The notes under the pieces were generated by a model, which did no database searches, had not been told where the DNA came from, and saw only the letters and a program-made list of their open reading frames with translations. From the NCBI GenBank assembly GCA_040218735.1, contig JAVJQW010000018.1, positions 64,001-128,000 on the forward strand: a stretch of DNA of 64,000 nucleotides. The letters run 5' to 3'. Origin of the DNA: Deltaproteobacteria bacterium. GTDB taxonomy: Bacteria > Myxococcota > Kuafuiibacteriia > Kuafuiibacteriales > Kuafuiibacteriaceae. Shown piece by piece: positions 45,905 through 58,693 of this stretch; within the stretch, counting starts at the first letter, position 1, and each line of letters begins with the position of its first letter. The position numbers and the translations under genes are program-made.

Positions 45905-47515
45905 TCAGGCTCGAGCGAGGCCTTCGAAGAGGCGGGCCACGGCCTCGGCGCCGGGGTCGTTGTGTCCGGCGAGCTGCGCTTCGGCGACGTAACTCGCGCG
46001 GCCGGCCTTGGCGCGGGTGATCGTCGCCGTGTGATCGGCCCCCGCGCGCGCCGCGCGCGCAGCGGCGGCGATGCCTTCGGGGAGGGCGTCGAGCGCGGGG
46101 CCCAGCGCGTCGATCATCGTCCGGTCGCCCGGACGTGCGCCGCCGACCTGTTGCATTCGCTCGAACCCCGCCTTCAGCGCGTCGCCGTCGGCCGCAGCAT
46201 CACCCGCGGCGGCGAAGAAGATGGCGAGCAACACGCCGGACGAGCCGCCCATCGCTTGGCTCAACGTGTCCGCCACCGCGCGGTAGAGCGCCGCGCGGTC
46301 GGCGAGCGGGAGGCGGTCGCGCGCTTCGAGGAGCGCCCGCGCCGCCGTGGCCAGCGTCGTGCCGGTGTCGCCGTCGCCGGACTTGGCGTCGAGCGCGTCG
46401 AGGTCCGCCTCGGCGGCGGCGAGGATCTCGCAGCTTCGTGTGATGAGGTCGGCCATCGCTTCGTCGTGGGAGGGGGGCGGCGCCGGCGGCGCGAGCCCCT
46501 CCGGGAGTGGCAGGATCCGAACGGGCTCGACGCGCTGACACCCCGGCCACGCGGGCGGGCTCGCGGGCGCCGCGAGGGCGGCCTCGAGCTCGGCGTCGAC
46601 CGGGAGGAACGAGACGGAGAAGCCGCGCATGTCGAGCGAGGTCATCAACGGCGCAGGCCCGATCATCCACCGGATGCGGTCACCGAGCTTGGATGCGACG
46701 AGCTCTTCGGCCAACACCGCCATCTCCAGCGGCGTCGCGCCGCCGAGGTTGTTGAGGAGGACGGCGTGGGGGCCGTCGCCGACGTGGGGTGTGAGTCGAT
46801 CGACGACGAGCGCGATGGCTTCGCGCGCACCTTCGAAGCGCACCTGCTCGGCGCCGGGCTCGCCGTGGATGCCGAGCCCGAGCTCTGCCATGCCGGCGTC
46901 GATGCGATCCTCGCGCACGGAGCCGGGGACGGTGCAGGTCGTGAGCGACATGCCGATGGAACCGATGCCGTCGACGACACGCTGGGCGGTGGCGCGGATG
47001 GTCTCGAGGTCGGCGCCGCTTGCGGCGAGCGCGCCCGCGATCTTGTGGACGAACAACGTGCCCGCGACGCCGCGCGGTTGGGGGAGGTCGGGGAGCGCGA
47101 CGTCGTCGTCGACGAAGACCATCTCAACCTTCGAACCGAGCGCCCGTGCGCGCTCGGCGGCGAGCCCGAAGTTGAGGCGGTCGCCGGTGTAGTTCTTCAC
47201 GATGAGCAGGCACCCCGCTTCGCCGGTGACCGCCCGGATCGCGGCGAGCACCGCATCGACCGAGGGGGACGCGAAGACCTCGCCACACACGGCGGCGGTG
47301 AGCATCCCTTCACCGACGAAGCCGGCGTGGCTGGGTTCGTGTCCGGAGCCGCCGCCGGAGATCAGCGCGACCTTGGAGGCGTCCCAGTCGGTGCGCACGA
47401 CGACCTTGATGTGCGGGTAGCCGTCGAGGCGGGCGAGGGTGCCGCCCGAAGCGCGGAGCGTGCCGTCGATCGCTTCGGTGACGAGGGTGTCCTTGGTGTT
47501 GATGAACTGCTTCAT
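45905..47515 (-). CDS. dhaK: Dihydroxyacetone kinase, fused DhaK-DhaL (ATP-dependent type)
   Basis: 'ISGGGSGHEP', 'KNYTGDRLNF', 'GLGIHGEPG', 'GDGDTG', 'GDRTMIDAL', 'AGRASY', 'DPGA'. Confidence 0.93.
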   Translation of the reverse strand: MKQFINTKDTLVTEAIDGTLRASGGTLARLDGYPHIKVVVRTDWDASKVALISGGGSGHEPSHAGFVGEGMLTAAVCGEVFASPSVDAVLAAIRAVTGEAGCLLIVKNYTGDRLNFGLAAERARALGSKVEMVFVDDDVALPDLPQPRGVAGTLFVHKIAGALAASGADLETIRATAQRVVDGIGSIGMSLTTCTVPGSVREDRIDAGMAELGLGIHGEPGAEQVRFEGAREAIALVVDRLTPHVGDGPHAVLLNNLGGATPLEMAVLAEELVASKLGDRIRWMIGPAPLMTSLDMRGFSVSFLPVDAELEAALAAPASPPAWPGCQRVEPVRILPLPEGLAPPAPPPSHDEAMADLITRSCEILAAAEADLDALDAKSGDGDTGTTLATAARALLEARDRLPLADRAALYRAVADTLSQAMGGSSGVLLAIFFAAAGDAAADGDALKAGFERMQQVGGARPGDRTMIDALGPALDALPEGIAAAARAARAGADHTATITRAKAGRASYVAEAQLAGHNDPGAEAVARLFEGLARA

Positions 47516-47526
47516 GCCGGCCTGGT

Positions 47527-48780
47527 TCAGGCCGCCTCTTCTACCATCACCTCGCTCGGCTCGGACTGCGACAGCATGACGATCGCCCGCGTCGCCACCA
47601 CGCCGGCGATCGCGCCGAACGCGAGCGCCCCGTACAGGTAGCGGTGCCCCGCGGCGCCCGGGAACGTGTCGAGCAGCCACCCCGTGAAGATCGGCATCAC
47701 GATGTCGGGCGTGTAGCCGATGATCGACACGAAGCCGACGGCGGTGCCGGTGAGGTAGACGGGCACGCCGCCCTCCTCGAGGAGCGCGTAGTAGACGCCG
47801 CGCAGCGCGTAGACGGCGATCGCGACGACGGCGATGTCGATCCACAGCAGCCACAGCGCGCTCGCCGCGGTGGGGATTGCGGCCATCGCGCCGTAGGCGA
47901 CGACCAACGTGAGGAAGCCCGCGGTGACCGCGCGGCTCGGCTTGATCTTGTCGGCGAGGAAGCCGGCGGTGATCGCGGCGACCGGGCGGATGAAGTTACG
48001 AGCGTTCGCGAGCTCCGCGCCGAAGGCGTCGGACTGGCCGAATGCGTCCGTCGCAAACGCGGCGATGTCGAACGTGCCCCAGTACGCGAAGTACGCGAAG
48101 AGGATGACCAGCGCGTGTGCCCATACGACGGGCATCTTCGCGACGATGCCGAACTGTTCGAGGCTCACCGCGGTAGAGGCTTCGTCGCCCTTCGGCTCGG
48201 GGATGAAGAACCACGCGAGCACCCCTCCGACGATCGTCGCGACGGAGTAGGTGACGATGACGCCCTGCAGGCCCGCGACGCGGTTGGCGAACTGGCCAAA
48301 GACGAAGATCGCGACGAGCCCGACGCCGCCTTCGATCAGGCCGCGCCCGCCGTCGAGGAAACCGAACGCCTTGCCTTGTTCGTCGGCGGTGCCCCACGCG
48401 CGCGTCGCTTTGATCAGGGCGGCCCAGTACGTGAGGATCGTCGTGACGCCCCACAGCGCGTGGAGCGCGATCAGTATGGGGTAGGGCGGAAGCGCCGCGA
48501 ACGCGAAGCCGGTCGCGCCCGTCACGAGCATCGAGACGGTGAGCAGTTTGCGCGCGGAGACCTTGTCGGCGACCCAGCCGCCGGGCAGGTAGCAGATCAG
48601 CGCGAGCACCCCGAACGACGAGTTGAGCCACCCGAGCTCCTGGTTGGTCACCCCGAGGGCCTCCAACATCGTCGCGTGGAAGGCCTGCCGGAGGTACGGG
48701 AGCGTGTAGATGGTGCCGCCCGTCAGGACGAGGGCGAACATCACGATCCAGCGCCGGTTCGTTCTACCAGACACGGGCAC
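47527..48780 (-). CDS. MFS transporter
   Basis: About 12 TM helices; motif A 'GGWVADKVSARKL'; co-oriented with the DHA kinase. Confidence 0.9.
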   Translation of the reverse strand: MPVSGRTNRRWIVMFALVLTGGTIYTLPYLRQAFHATMLEALGVTNQELGWLNSSFGVLALICYLPGGWVADKVSARKLLTVSMLVTGATGFAFAALPPYPILIALHALWGVTTILTYWAALIKATRAWGTADEQGKAFGFLDGGRGLIEGGVGLVAIFVFGQFANRVAGLQGVIVTYSVATIVGGVLAWFFIPEPKGDEASTAVSLEQFGIVAKMPVVWAHALVILFAYFAYWGTFDIAAFATDAFGQSDAFGAELANARNFIRPVAAITAGFLADKIKPSRAVTAGFLTLVVAYGAMAAIPTAASALWLLWIDIAVVAIAVYALRGVYYALLEEGGVPVYLTGTAVGFVSIIGYTPDIVMPIFTGWLLDTFPGAAGHRYLYGALAFGAIAGVVATRAIVMLSQSEPSEVMVEEAA

Positions 48781-48793
48781 GTTCAGGGTTACA

Positions 48794-48810
48794 TGTGGTT
48801 GTCAATCACA
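48794..48810. promoter_or_regulatory. Near-palindromic operator overlapping a TTGACA element upstream of MFS-dhaK
   Basis: TGTGGTTGTCAATCACA; reverse complement TGTGATTGACAACCACA. Confidence 0.5.
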
Positions 48811-48850
48811 CCATGGTCGGATCCGCGGACAGGGGATCCCTGGCTTCGAC

Positions 48851-51049
48851 TCAAGCGGCGCGGCGGCACCACGACGCGAGCACGCGGTAGAGCTCGTCGA
48901 GCCGAATGGGCTTCGCGATGTGATCCGACATGCCCGCCGCAAAACAGCGCTCGCGCTCCGCGCCGAGCGCGCTCGCGGTCAACGCGATGATCGGGATGCG
49001 TGCGTAGTGCTCGTCGATCTGCCGAATCGCGATGGTCGCTTCGTAGCCGTCCATGCGCGGCATCTGACAGTCCATGAGGACCGCGTCGTAGCGCTGCTTC
49101 TTCGCGGCCTCGACGGCCTCGGCGCCGTCCTCTGCGATGTCGACGACGACCCCGATCTTCGCGAGGAGCCGCCGCGCGACGAGCTGGTTCACGCCGTTGT
49201 CCTCGGCGACGAGCACTCGGAGGTCGAGCGGAGCGTAGATGGCGGACGTCATCGGCGGAGCGTCTTCACCGACCGCGGCATGCAAGGCACGTTGCAGCTC
49301 GTTCGAGAGCACCGTGCGCCCGAGCGGAATGCCGGCCGCCGTGATGTCCTCGCCGACGCGCGACAAACCGATCAGCGGCACGGGGACGTCGCGACGGCCG
49401 AGTGTGTTCACGGCGCGCACGACGCCCTCGCGCCCGTCGACGAACACGACGTCGGCTTCGCGCGGAACCTCCGAAGGTTTGTTGACGGCGAGGGCCCGCG
49501 CGCCAGACGCGACGAGCCGTCGTGCGATCGGGAGCGCGACGTTCGGTGGGATGTCGACGAACGCGGCGCACCGCACGAGTCGTTCGGGCGGCGGCGGGGC
49601 CTCCGGATCCTCGCAGGGGAGCCGGAGCGTGAAGTGACTCCCGACGCCGAGCTCGCTGCGCACGAAGAGGTCGCCGCCCATCAGCTCGGCGAGTTGCTTG
49701 GAGATCGAGAGGCCGAGCCCCGTCCCGCCGTGGTGTCGGGTCGTCGAGTCGTCCGCCTGTACGAAGGCTTCGAAGAGATCGGCGAGGCGATCCTCCGCGA
49801 TCCCCTTGCCTGTGTCGTAGACCGCGAAGTCGAGCGCCGGTGCATCGTGCGCGACCGAGACCTCGACGTGCACCGCGCCCTCGGTCGTGAACTTGATGCC
49901 GTTGCCGATCAGGTTGAAGAGCACCTGTCGCACGCGCGTCGGATCGCCGATGACGATCGCCGGCACGTCTTCGTGAACGTCGACCGTGACGTCGAGGTTG
50001 CGCCGCGCGCCGGCTTCGCTGAGCAGACGCGTGACGTCCTCGGTGACGTCGCGCGGCGAGAACTCGATGTGCTCTACGCCCATGCGGCCGGCTTCGATCT
50101 TCGAGAAGTCGAGGATGTCGTTGATGACGGAGAGGAGGGTGTTGCCGCTGCTGCGGATGAGGTCCATCGCTTCGCGCTCGCGCGGTTGGAGCGCCGACGG
50201 ATCGATGGACTCGATCATCCCGAGCACGCCGTTCAGCGGGGTTCGGATCTCGTGACTCATGTTCGCGAGGAACCGCGACTTCGTGCGCGACGCTTCGAGC
50301 GCGGCTTCGTGCGCGCGCTCCAACGCTTCCTCGCTGCGTTTGCGTTCGGTGATGTCGGTGATGACGCCGACCAACACACGCTCTTCGTTCGGGAGCTTCG
50401 CGATCGTCTTCTTCGTGAACAGCCAGCGTGTCGCCCCATCGCTGACGGTGATCGGCTCTTCGACCTCGATGCCGACGCCTTGTTCGAACACCTCGTCGTC
50501 CATCCGTACGAAGTGATCGGCTTGGTCCTCCGGGAGGAAGTCGTGATCGCGGTGGCCGAGGATCTCGTTCACCGGGCGTCCGAGCATTGAAGCAAACGCT
50601 TGGTTCGCACCGATCCACCGGTGCTCGCGTTCATCCTTCACGAAGACCGGGTTCGGCAGCGCGTCGAGCACGGTCTCCGCGAGCCCGGGCGACTGGGTCG
50701 TCTGCGTGACCCAACCCGACAGGCGAACGATCGTGTCTCCGTCGCGCTCGACGAGCGCGGTCGCTTCGAAGTGTCGATCGTTGACGCGGAAGCGGAAGAC
50801 GAATCGTGGCGCGTCGTCGGTGGCGAGCTCGGCGAGGGCGTGACGGAGCCGCTCGCGGTCTTCGGGGTGGACCCGCTCGGCGAGTGACGCGGTGTCATCG
50901 GATTCGATCTGCGCGAGCGCGAGGCACGACGGCGACAGGGTCAGGACGTGGCCGTCGAGGCGCCAGTCCCACATCCCCACCGGCGCACTCTCGAGTGCGG
51001 GCTCGAAACGACCCTGGTCGGTCGCGACTTCGATCGCAGGCGCCTTCAT
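48851..51049 (-). CDS. PAS-PAS hybrid histidine kinase with C-terminal receiver
   Basis: 'FLANMSHEIRTPLNG', 'NLIGNGIKFT', 'GGTGLGL', REC 'VAEDN...MDCQMP.MDG...KP'. Confidence 0.93.
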   Translation of the reverse strand: MKAPAIEVATDQGRFEPALESAPVGMWDWRLDGHVLTLSPSCLALAQIESDDTASLAERVHPEDRERLRHALAELATDDAPRFVFRFRVNDRHFEATALVERDGDTIVRLSGWVTQTTQSPGLAETVLDALPNPVFVKDEREHRWIGANQAFASMLGRPVNEILGHRDHDFLPEDQADHFVRMDDEVFEQGVGIEVEEPITVSDGATRWLFTKKTIAKLPNEERVLVGVITDITERKRSEEALERAHEAALEASRTKSRFLANMSHEIRTPLNGVLGMIESIDPSALQPREREAMDLIRSSGNTLLSVINDILDFSKIEAGRMGVEHIEFSPRDVTEDVTRLLSEAGARRNLDVTVDVHEDVPAIVIGDPTRVRQVLFNLIGNGIKFTTEGAVHVEVSVAHDAPALDFAVYDTGKGIAEDRLADLFEAFVQADDSTTRHHGGTGLGLSISKQLAELMGGDLFVRSELGVGSHFTLRLPCEDPEAPPPPERLVRCAAFVDIPPNVALPIARRLVASGARALAVNKPSEVPREADVVFVDGREGVVRAVNTLGRRDVPVPLIGLSRVGEDITAAGIPLGRTVLSNELQRALHAAVGEDAPPMTSAIYAPLDLRVLVAEDNGVNQLVARRLLAKIGVVVDIAEDGAEAVEAAKKQRYDAVLMDCQMPRMDGYEATIAIRQIDEHYARIPIIALTASALGAERERCFAAGMSDHIAKPIRLDELYRVLASWCRRAA

Positions 51050-51100
51050 GCGGAACCGTGAGTGTCGATCCGATCGGCTTTTCCCGCGAGGTCTAAACCC

Positions 51101-52859
<1,759 letters not shown>

Positions 52860-52908
52860 AAGGTCGTCTCGATCGGAACGCAGAGCCGTGTTAACGCCCT
52901 GCGGCGAG

Positions 52909-54330
52909 ATGACCCCCAAGGAAGCACTCGAATTCACCAAAGAGCACCGAATCCAGATGGTCGACCTGAAGTTCGTCGACCTCTTCGGCATCTGGCAGCA
53001 CTTCACGTTCCCGATCGAGGAGCTCGAGGAGTCCACCTTCGAGGACGGCCTCGGCTTCGACGGCTCGTCGATCCGCGGCTGGCAGGCGATCAACGCCTCC
53101 GACATGCTCGTCATCCCGGACGCGACGAGCGTCCAGCTCGACCCCTTCATCGACACGGTCCCGACGATGTCGGTCATCGCGAACATCGTCGACCCGATCA
53201 CCCGCGAGCCCTACTCGCGTGACCCGCGCTTCGTCGCGCAGAAGTGTGAGAACTACCTCAAGTCCACGGGCCTCGGAGACACGATCTTCATCGGCCCGGA
53301 GCCGGAGTTCTTCATCTTCGACGAGATCCGCTACGACAACGCGCCGAACCAGACCTTCTACGAGATCGACTCGTCGGAGGGCGCGTGGAACGCCGGCCGT
53401 GACAGCGACCGCTCCGCGAACCTCGGTTACACGGTCCGCAACAAGGGCGGTTACTTCCCCGTGTCGCCGACCGACAGCGTCCACCCGCTCCGCATCCAGA
53501 TGGTGCAGGTGATGAACGCGGTCGGGATGCAGGTCGAGCGCGAGCACCACGAGGTCGCGACGGCCGGTCAGTGTGAGATCGACTTCCGCTTCGCGCCGCT
53601 GGTGAAGTGCGCCGACTACGTGATGTGGCTGAAGCACATCGTGAAGAACGTCGCCGCGCAGAACGGCAAGACGGCGACCTTCATGCCGAAGCCGCTCTTC
53701 AACGACAACGGCTCGGGCATGCACGTGCACCAGTCGATCTGGAAGGACGGCGAGCCGCTGTTCGCGGGGGACGAGTACGCCGGGATGTCGAAGCTCGCGA
53801 TGCACTACATCGGCGGCGTCCTGAAACACGCGCCGGCGATCTGCGCGTTCACGAACTCCACGACGAACAGCTACAAGCGGCTCGTGCCGGGCTTCGAGGC
53901 GCCCGTGAACCTCGCCTATTCGTCGCGGAACCGTTCGGCGTCGATCCGCATCCCGATGTACTCGCCTTCGCCGAAGGCGAAGCGCATCGAGGTTCGGTTC
54001 CCCGACCCGCTCGCCAACCCCTACCTGGCGTTCTCGGCGCTCGCGATGGCGGGCATCGACGGCGTGCTCAACAAGATCGATCCGGGCGATCCGCTCGACA
54101 AGGACATCTACGGCCTCTCGCCCGAGGAGCTCGCGGACGTCCCCACGTGCCCGTCCAGCCTCGAAGGGGCCCTCGACGCGCTCGAGCAGGATCACGAGTT
54201 CCTCCTCAAGGGCGACGTGTTCTCCAGCGACCTGATCGAGACCTGGATCGACTGGAAGCGGACCAACGAGATCGACGCGCTCCGTAAGCGCCCGCATCCC
54301 TTCGAGTTCTCGCTCTACCACGACGGTTGA
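52909..54330 (+). CDS. glnA: Type I glutamine synthetase
   Basis: [47 protein letters not shown], adenylylation Tyr in 'DKDIY'. Confidence 0.98.
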   Translation: MTPKEALEFTKEHRIQMVDLKFVDLFGIWQHFTFPIEELEESTFEDGLGFDGSSIRGWQAINASDMLVIPDATSVQLDPFIDTVPTMSVIANIVDPITREPYSRDPRFVAQKCENYLKSTGLGDTIFIGPEPEFFIFDEIRYDNAPNQTFYEIDSSEGAWNAGRDSDRSANLGYTVRNKGGYFPVSPTDSVHPLRIQMVQVMNAVGMQVEREHHEVATAGQCEIDFRFAPLVKCADYVMWLKHIVKNVAAQNGKTATFMPKPLFNDNGSGMHVHQSIWKDGEPLFAGDEYAGMSKLAMHYIGGVLKHAPAICAFTNSTTNSYKRLVPGFEAPVNLAYSSRNRSASIRIPMYSPSPKAKRIEVRFPDPLANPYLAFSALAMAGIDGVLNKIDPGDPLDKDIYGLSPEELADVPTCPSSLEGALDALEQDHEFLLKGDVFSSDLIETWIDWKRTNEIDALRKRPHPFEFSLYHDG

Positions 54331-54336
54331 GCATCG

Positions 54337-54359
54337 ACCGGGGGGCTTCACTCCTCGGT
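54337..54359 (+). terminator. Hairpin after glnA
   Basis: ACCGGGGGG-cttca-CTCCTCGGT, 9-bp stem with two G-U pairs. Confidence 0.4.
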
Positions 54360-54399
54360 AGACAATTCGGAAATCATTGCCCAATCTCTGTCGCCGAAC

Positions 54400-57300
54400 A
54401 TGCGACAGCTTCCTCGTTTTCTCCCTCTCCTCGGTCTCACAGTCGCCGCGACGCAGCTGGCCTCGCCCCTCGACGCCCAGGCGCAGTCGATCATCCAGTC
54501 CACGTCGTCGATCACGTACGCGGACCTACCGAACCCGGTCGTCGTCTATACGAACGTCGACGACGGCGCGACGCAGGTCACGATCCCGTTCCCCGTCACG
54601 TACTTCGGGAACACGTATACGAGCGTGATGTTTGGTGCGAACGGCGCGATTGCCTTCCCGCCGAACACGAGCGTCAGCCTCGGTAACGCCACACCCGGCA
54701 CCGGGACGCCGCAGAACTACATCGCGCCGTTCTGGGACGATATGCGTCTGTACCCGACGCCGAACCCCGCGGCGCGAATCGCGTACGAGGTGCAAGGGAC
54801 GGCGCCGAACCGGACGATCACGTTCGAGTGGAAGAACATCTCGCGTTGTTGCACGACGGGCGGCGCGGACCTTTCGTATCAGATCCGGTTGTTCGAGGGG
54901 CCGGCGATGCGGGTCGAGATCGACTACGGCCCGGGCTCCGTGACGACCTCGGTCTTCACGGCCACGATGGCGCTCGAGGACGACACCGGCGGCACCTTCT
55001 TCTTGTTCGCGCCGAGCATGTGCACGAACAACTGCACGATCACCGACTTCCAGGCGATGACCAACACGCGCGTCCTGATCATCAACGCGCCCAACCCCGA
55101 GCTGACCGCGCGCTTCGACGCGACCTTCCCGCCCGGGGCGCTGCCCGGCTCGACGTCGACCGCCGACGTGATCCTCACCAACCTCGGCACGCAGACCGCC
55201 AACAACGTCGCGGCCAACCTCTACCTGTCGACGGACGCCACGCTCGACGCCTCCGACATCCTGATCGGCAGCGCGACCGCCACCCTCCCGCAGGGCGACA
55301 ACGTGGTGACGTTCCCCGTGAACATCCCGGCGATGCAGCCGGTCGCGATCTACACGCCGATCGTCGAGGTCGATCCGGCCAATGCGTTCACCGAGATCAA
55401 CGAGGTGGACAACGTGGTCACGGGCCCGCCCTTCGCGACCGGTTACGAGATGGAGCCCACGGACGTCATCGTGACGAACCCCGGTGCGCTCGCGCCCGGG
55501 ATGCCGGTCAACTTCGACATCGAGGTCACGAACAACGGCGCCCCGTTCGCCGGGACGATGATGGTGGAGCTGTGGCTCTCCCTCGACGACACCCTCGACG
55601 CCGGTGACGCCCTGGTCGGCACCGCGCAGGTGACGGCCGTCGGCGACGCCGTCGAGGTGGTCTCCGCGTCCGGCACGATGCCGACGCTGCCGGTCGGCAA
55701 CTACCGCCCCGCGGTGGTCCTCGACCCGATGAACGACGTCGTCGAGGGTGACGAGACCAACAACAGCTTCGTCGGTCAGCCGCAGGTCATCAGCGGGAGC
55801 GACTTCACGGTGACGATGCCGTCGTCGACGCCGGCCGTCGTCGAGCTCCGCGACACGCTCACCGTCACGGCGAACATCCTCTCGCGCGGCATGCCGTTCA
55901 CGGGCACCGTCGACTACGGTGTGTACCTGTCGGCGGACAGCACGTTCGACCCGGGTGACCAGGCCATTCACCGGGACGTCGCGTCGTTCGCGAGCGGACC
56001 GGACGTCACGCTGAACCTGTCGATCCCCGTCGCGGCGCTCCCCGGCGAGCCGCAGCTCGGTCCGGGGGCGTACACGGTGTTCGTCGCGGTCGATCCGATG
56101 AACACGGTGATGGAGGCGCTCGAGGGCAACAACGTCGGCGAGGCCGGCCCGATGGAGCTGCTCGGCGCGGACATCATCGTCACGGACATCACGTCGGCCG
56201 CGGTGGGCTTCATCGACGGTCCGTACGAGATCTCGTTGACCCTCGAAAACGTCGGCGTGGGCGCGGCGCGTGCATTCAACTACGCGTACTACCTGTCGAC
56301 GAACGACATCATTCGCGTGACCGACCAGCAGATCTTCGTCTCGCAGACGGCGACGATCGCGGCCGGCGCCCGCCAGACCTTCACGGACACGGTGGTGCTG
56401 CCGACCTTCACGTCGACGCAGACGCTGTACCTCGGGGTCATCGCCGACATCTTCTCGTCGGTGCCCGAGACCTCGGAGTCGAACAACACGCGGCGCCGCA
56501 CCGACCCGATCAGCATCGTATTCCCGATCCCCGACCTCGTCGCGCAGGTCGTGGGCACGGCGACCTCGGCGGCGGCGGGCGAGGACCTGTCGGTCACGCG
56601 CATCATCGAGAACATCGGCGTCGCGCCGTCCGGCTCGTTCGAGTACGCGTACTACCTGTCGACCGACTCGCAGATCGACCCGGCGGTGGACCTCCGCATC
56701 GGCACGTTCCAGGGGACGCTCAACACGGGTGAGGATCAGTACGGCATCGACACGATGTTGATCCCCTCGACGATCCCGGCGGGCGACTACTACGTCGGCC
56801 TCCTCATGGACCCGGCGAACGCCGTGGTCGAGGTCGACGACACCAACAACGCGGCGACCACCGTCGGCACCATTCCGGTGTTCGAGGCGGCGATTCAGTT
56901 CACCACGGTGAACCTCCCGCGCGGCACGGTCGGTGTGCCGTACGAGGTCGGCCTCTACGCGCAGGGCGGCCCGCTCGGCATCACCTGGAGTGTGTCCGGC
57001 GGCGCGCTGCCCGACGGCCTGACGCTCGACGCCGCCTCCGGCATCATCAGCGGCACGCCGACGCGCGAGGGAGTGTTCGACGTTCGCTTCCGCGCGAGCA
57101 GCGGCACCGCCTCGACGGACGCCGAGTTCTCGATCCGCGTCGTGCCGCCGACGGTGGCCCTCACGGTCGCGACGCCGGCCCTCCCGGCCGGTCTGACCAG
57201 CCGCCCGTACGCGGCGCAGCTCCTCGCGGTCGGCGGTGTCCCGCCGTACACGTGGAGCGCGATGGGGGCGCTCCCGCAGGGCCTCGTGTTCACCGAGGAC

Positions 57301-58095
57301 GGCGCCATCACGGGCACGCCGGTCGCGCTCGGCGACTTCGCGGTGCGCTACACGGTGACCGACGACCTCGAAGCGACGGCGACGAAGGAGCTCGTCATCA
57401 AGGTCGTCTCCGGCGGTGAGTCGCTCCAGATTCGTCAGCTGCCGCTGCCGGACGCGACGCTCGGCGAGGAGTACTGCAACCCGGTGCCGGAGACGCTCCA
57501 GGCCAACAACGGTACGGAGCCGTACTCGTGGTCGATCGTCGGCGACGGCGTGCCCGGGATGACGCTGTCGCCGTCGGGTGAGCTCTGCGGGGTGCCGACG
57601 CGCGCTGGGGACTTCCGGTTCGTGGTGCGTGTGCAGGACGCGTCGCTCATCTACGACACGTCGCTGTTCCTCCTGACGGTGAACGACGGCAACGAGCTCG
57701 CCATCTCGACGACGACGCTCGACCCGGGCCAGGTCAACGAGGCGTACACCGCGCAGGTCACCGCGATCCTCGGGGCTGAGCCGTACGTGTTCTCGCTCGT
57801 CGAGGGTTACGGTGAGCTGCCGCCGGGGCTGACGGTCTCCGAGTCCGGTCAGATCGCCGGGACGCCGACCGAGGCCGGCAACTTCGCGTTCGCCGTGCAG
57901 GTCGTCGACGACGCCAACGCGGTCGACATCCAGGCGATGTCGCTGCTCATCGCGCCGGCGCCGCAGTCGCTCGACGGCGGCGGTGGTGACGGCTGCAGCT
58001 GTGCGGCCGACGCGTCGACGCCGCGTGACGCGCCGTGGGCTTCGCTCGCGTTGGTGGCGTTGCTCGGGCTGGTCCTCGTCCGTCGTCGCCGCTGA
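54400..58095 (+). CDS. Large surface protein: nidogen-like N-terminal domain, CARDB repeats, He_PIG repeats, MYXO-CTERM anchor
   Basis: Signal peptide; 'IAPFWDDM'; five 'YLSTD...DP.N...E..E.NN' CARDB-like repeats; four putative-Ig repeats; 'GGGDGCSC...LVALLGLVLVRRRR'. Confidence 0.88.
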   Translation: MRQLPRFLPLLGLTVAATQLASPLDAQAQSIIQSTSSITYADLPNPVVVYTNVDDGATQVTIPFPVTYFGNTYTSVMFGANGAIAFPPNTSVSLGNATPGTGTPQNYIAPFWDDMRLYPTPNPAARIAYEVQGTAPNRTITFEWKNISRCCTTGGADLSYQIRLFEGPAMRVEIDYGPGSVTTSVFTATMALEDDTGGTFFLFAPSMCTNNCTITDFQAMTNTRVLIINAPNPELTARFDATFPPGALPGSTSTADVILTNLGTQTANNVAANLYLSTDATLDASDILIGSATATLPQGDNVVTFPVNIPAMQPVAIYTPIVEVDPANAFTEINEVDNVVTGPPFATGYEMEPTDVIVTNPGALAPGMPVNFDIEVTNNGAPFAGTMMVELWLSLDDTLDAGDALVGTAQVTAVGDAVEVVSASGTMPTLPVGNYRPAVVLDPMNDVVEGDETNNSFVGQPQVISGSDFTVTMPSSTPAVVELRDTLTVTANILSRGMPFTGTVDYGVYLSADSTFDPGDQAIHRDVASFASGPDVTLNLSIPVAALPGEPQLGPGAYTVFVAVDPMNTVMEALEGNNVGEAGPMELLGADIIVTDITSAAVGFIDGPYEISLTLENVGVGAARAFNYAYYLSTNDIIRVTDQQIFVSQTATIAAGARQTFTDTVVLPTFTSTQTLYLGVIADIFSSVPETSESNNTRRRTDPISIVFPIPDLVAQVVGTATSAAAGEDLSVTRIIENIGVAPSGSFEYAYYLSTDSQIDPAVDLRIGTFQGTLNTGEDQYGIDTMLIPSTIPAGDYYVGLLMDPANAVVEVDDTNNAATTVGTIPVFEAAIQFTTVNLPRGTVGVPYEVGLYAQGGPLGITWSVSGGALPDGLTLDAASGIISGTPTREGVFDVRFRASSGTASTDAEFSIRVVPPTVALTVATPALPAGLTSRPYAAQLLAVGGVPPYTWSAMGALPQGLVFTEDGAITGTPVALGDFAVRYTVTDDLEATATKELVIKVVSGGESLQIRQLPLPDATLGEEYCNPVPETLQANNGTEPYSWSIVGDGVPGMTLSPSGELCGVPTRAGDFRFVVRVQDASLIYDTSLFLLTVNDGNELAISTTTLDPGQVNEAYTAQVTAILGAEPYVFSLVEGYGELPPGLTVSESGQIAGTPTEAGNFAFAVQVVDDANAVDIQAMSLLIAPAPQSLDGGGGDGCSCAADASTPRDAPWASLALVALLGLVLVRRRR

Positions 58096-58103
58096 GCCCG
58101 TGG

Positions 58104-58127
58104 GCCACGCGGTTCAAGCCGCGTGGC
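58104..58127. terminator. Hairpin between convergent genes
   Basis: GCCACGCGG-ttcaag-CCGCGTGGC perfect 9-bp stem. Confidence 0.55.
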
Positions 58128-58506
58128 TCTCCCCCCGCCTTCGCCGCTCCCGCGCGTAGGCCTCCCGCGTCCGAAGGACGGCGTCCCGCACATAGGCCAC
58201 GGCCGGTTCGACCTGCTCCCGCACCTTCAGGAGGAGGGTCGCCGAACCCGTCCCGGTCGCGATGCGTATCGAGGCTTCGCGTTCGACACACCACAACCCC
58301 GAGACGTCGATGCGCACCGCGCCGCGGCGGCGGAGCGGTCGCACGTACACCAGCGCGCGGCCGTCGCAGTCGATGCGGCGGTAGGGCGCGCGGTCCTGCG
58401 CGGTCATGACCTGGCCTTCGGTCGTGCCGGGGACTTCGGCGAGGAGGGCACAAATCACGGTGTCGAGGAGGTGAGCGGTGGGGAGCGGTGTCTCGTAACG
58501 GCGCAC
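58114..58506 (-). CDS. Hypothetical protein (130 aa)
   Basis: C-terminal part of ORF 58114..59340; GTG 58506 sits 14 nt from a sigma-54 -12 element. Confidence 0.55.
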   Translation of the reverse strand: MRRYETPLPTAHLLDTVICALLAEVPGTTEGQVMTAQDRAPYRRIDCDGRALVYVRPLRRRGAVRIDVSGLWCVEREASIRIATGTGSATLLLKVREQVEPAVAYVRDAVLRTREAYARERRRRGESHAA

Positions 58507-58518
58507 GTGGGTGAAAGA

Positions 58519-58534
58519 AGCACGGTGTGGGCCA
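58519..58534 (-). promoter_or_regulatory. Sigma-54 promoter
   Basis: Minus strand TGGCCC-ACACC-GTGCT. Confidence 0.6.
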
Positions 58535-58693
58535 CGCGCCGAACGTTCGAATTTCATTGCGCGTTTCATCCGTGTTCGTCCGAGCGTCCGAAAAGTCCGG
58601 CGCGGGCCGTCATCGACGACGCCGATCGGGCCGAATGACGTCGGCGGAGCGACCGCGGCCGGCTGCGCGACATCCGGAGCGCCTCGTGTGACG

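Noticed and set aside
48794-48810. CRP site
   Set aside because: The half-sites are separated by 7 nt, not 6. Kept only as a generic operator.
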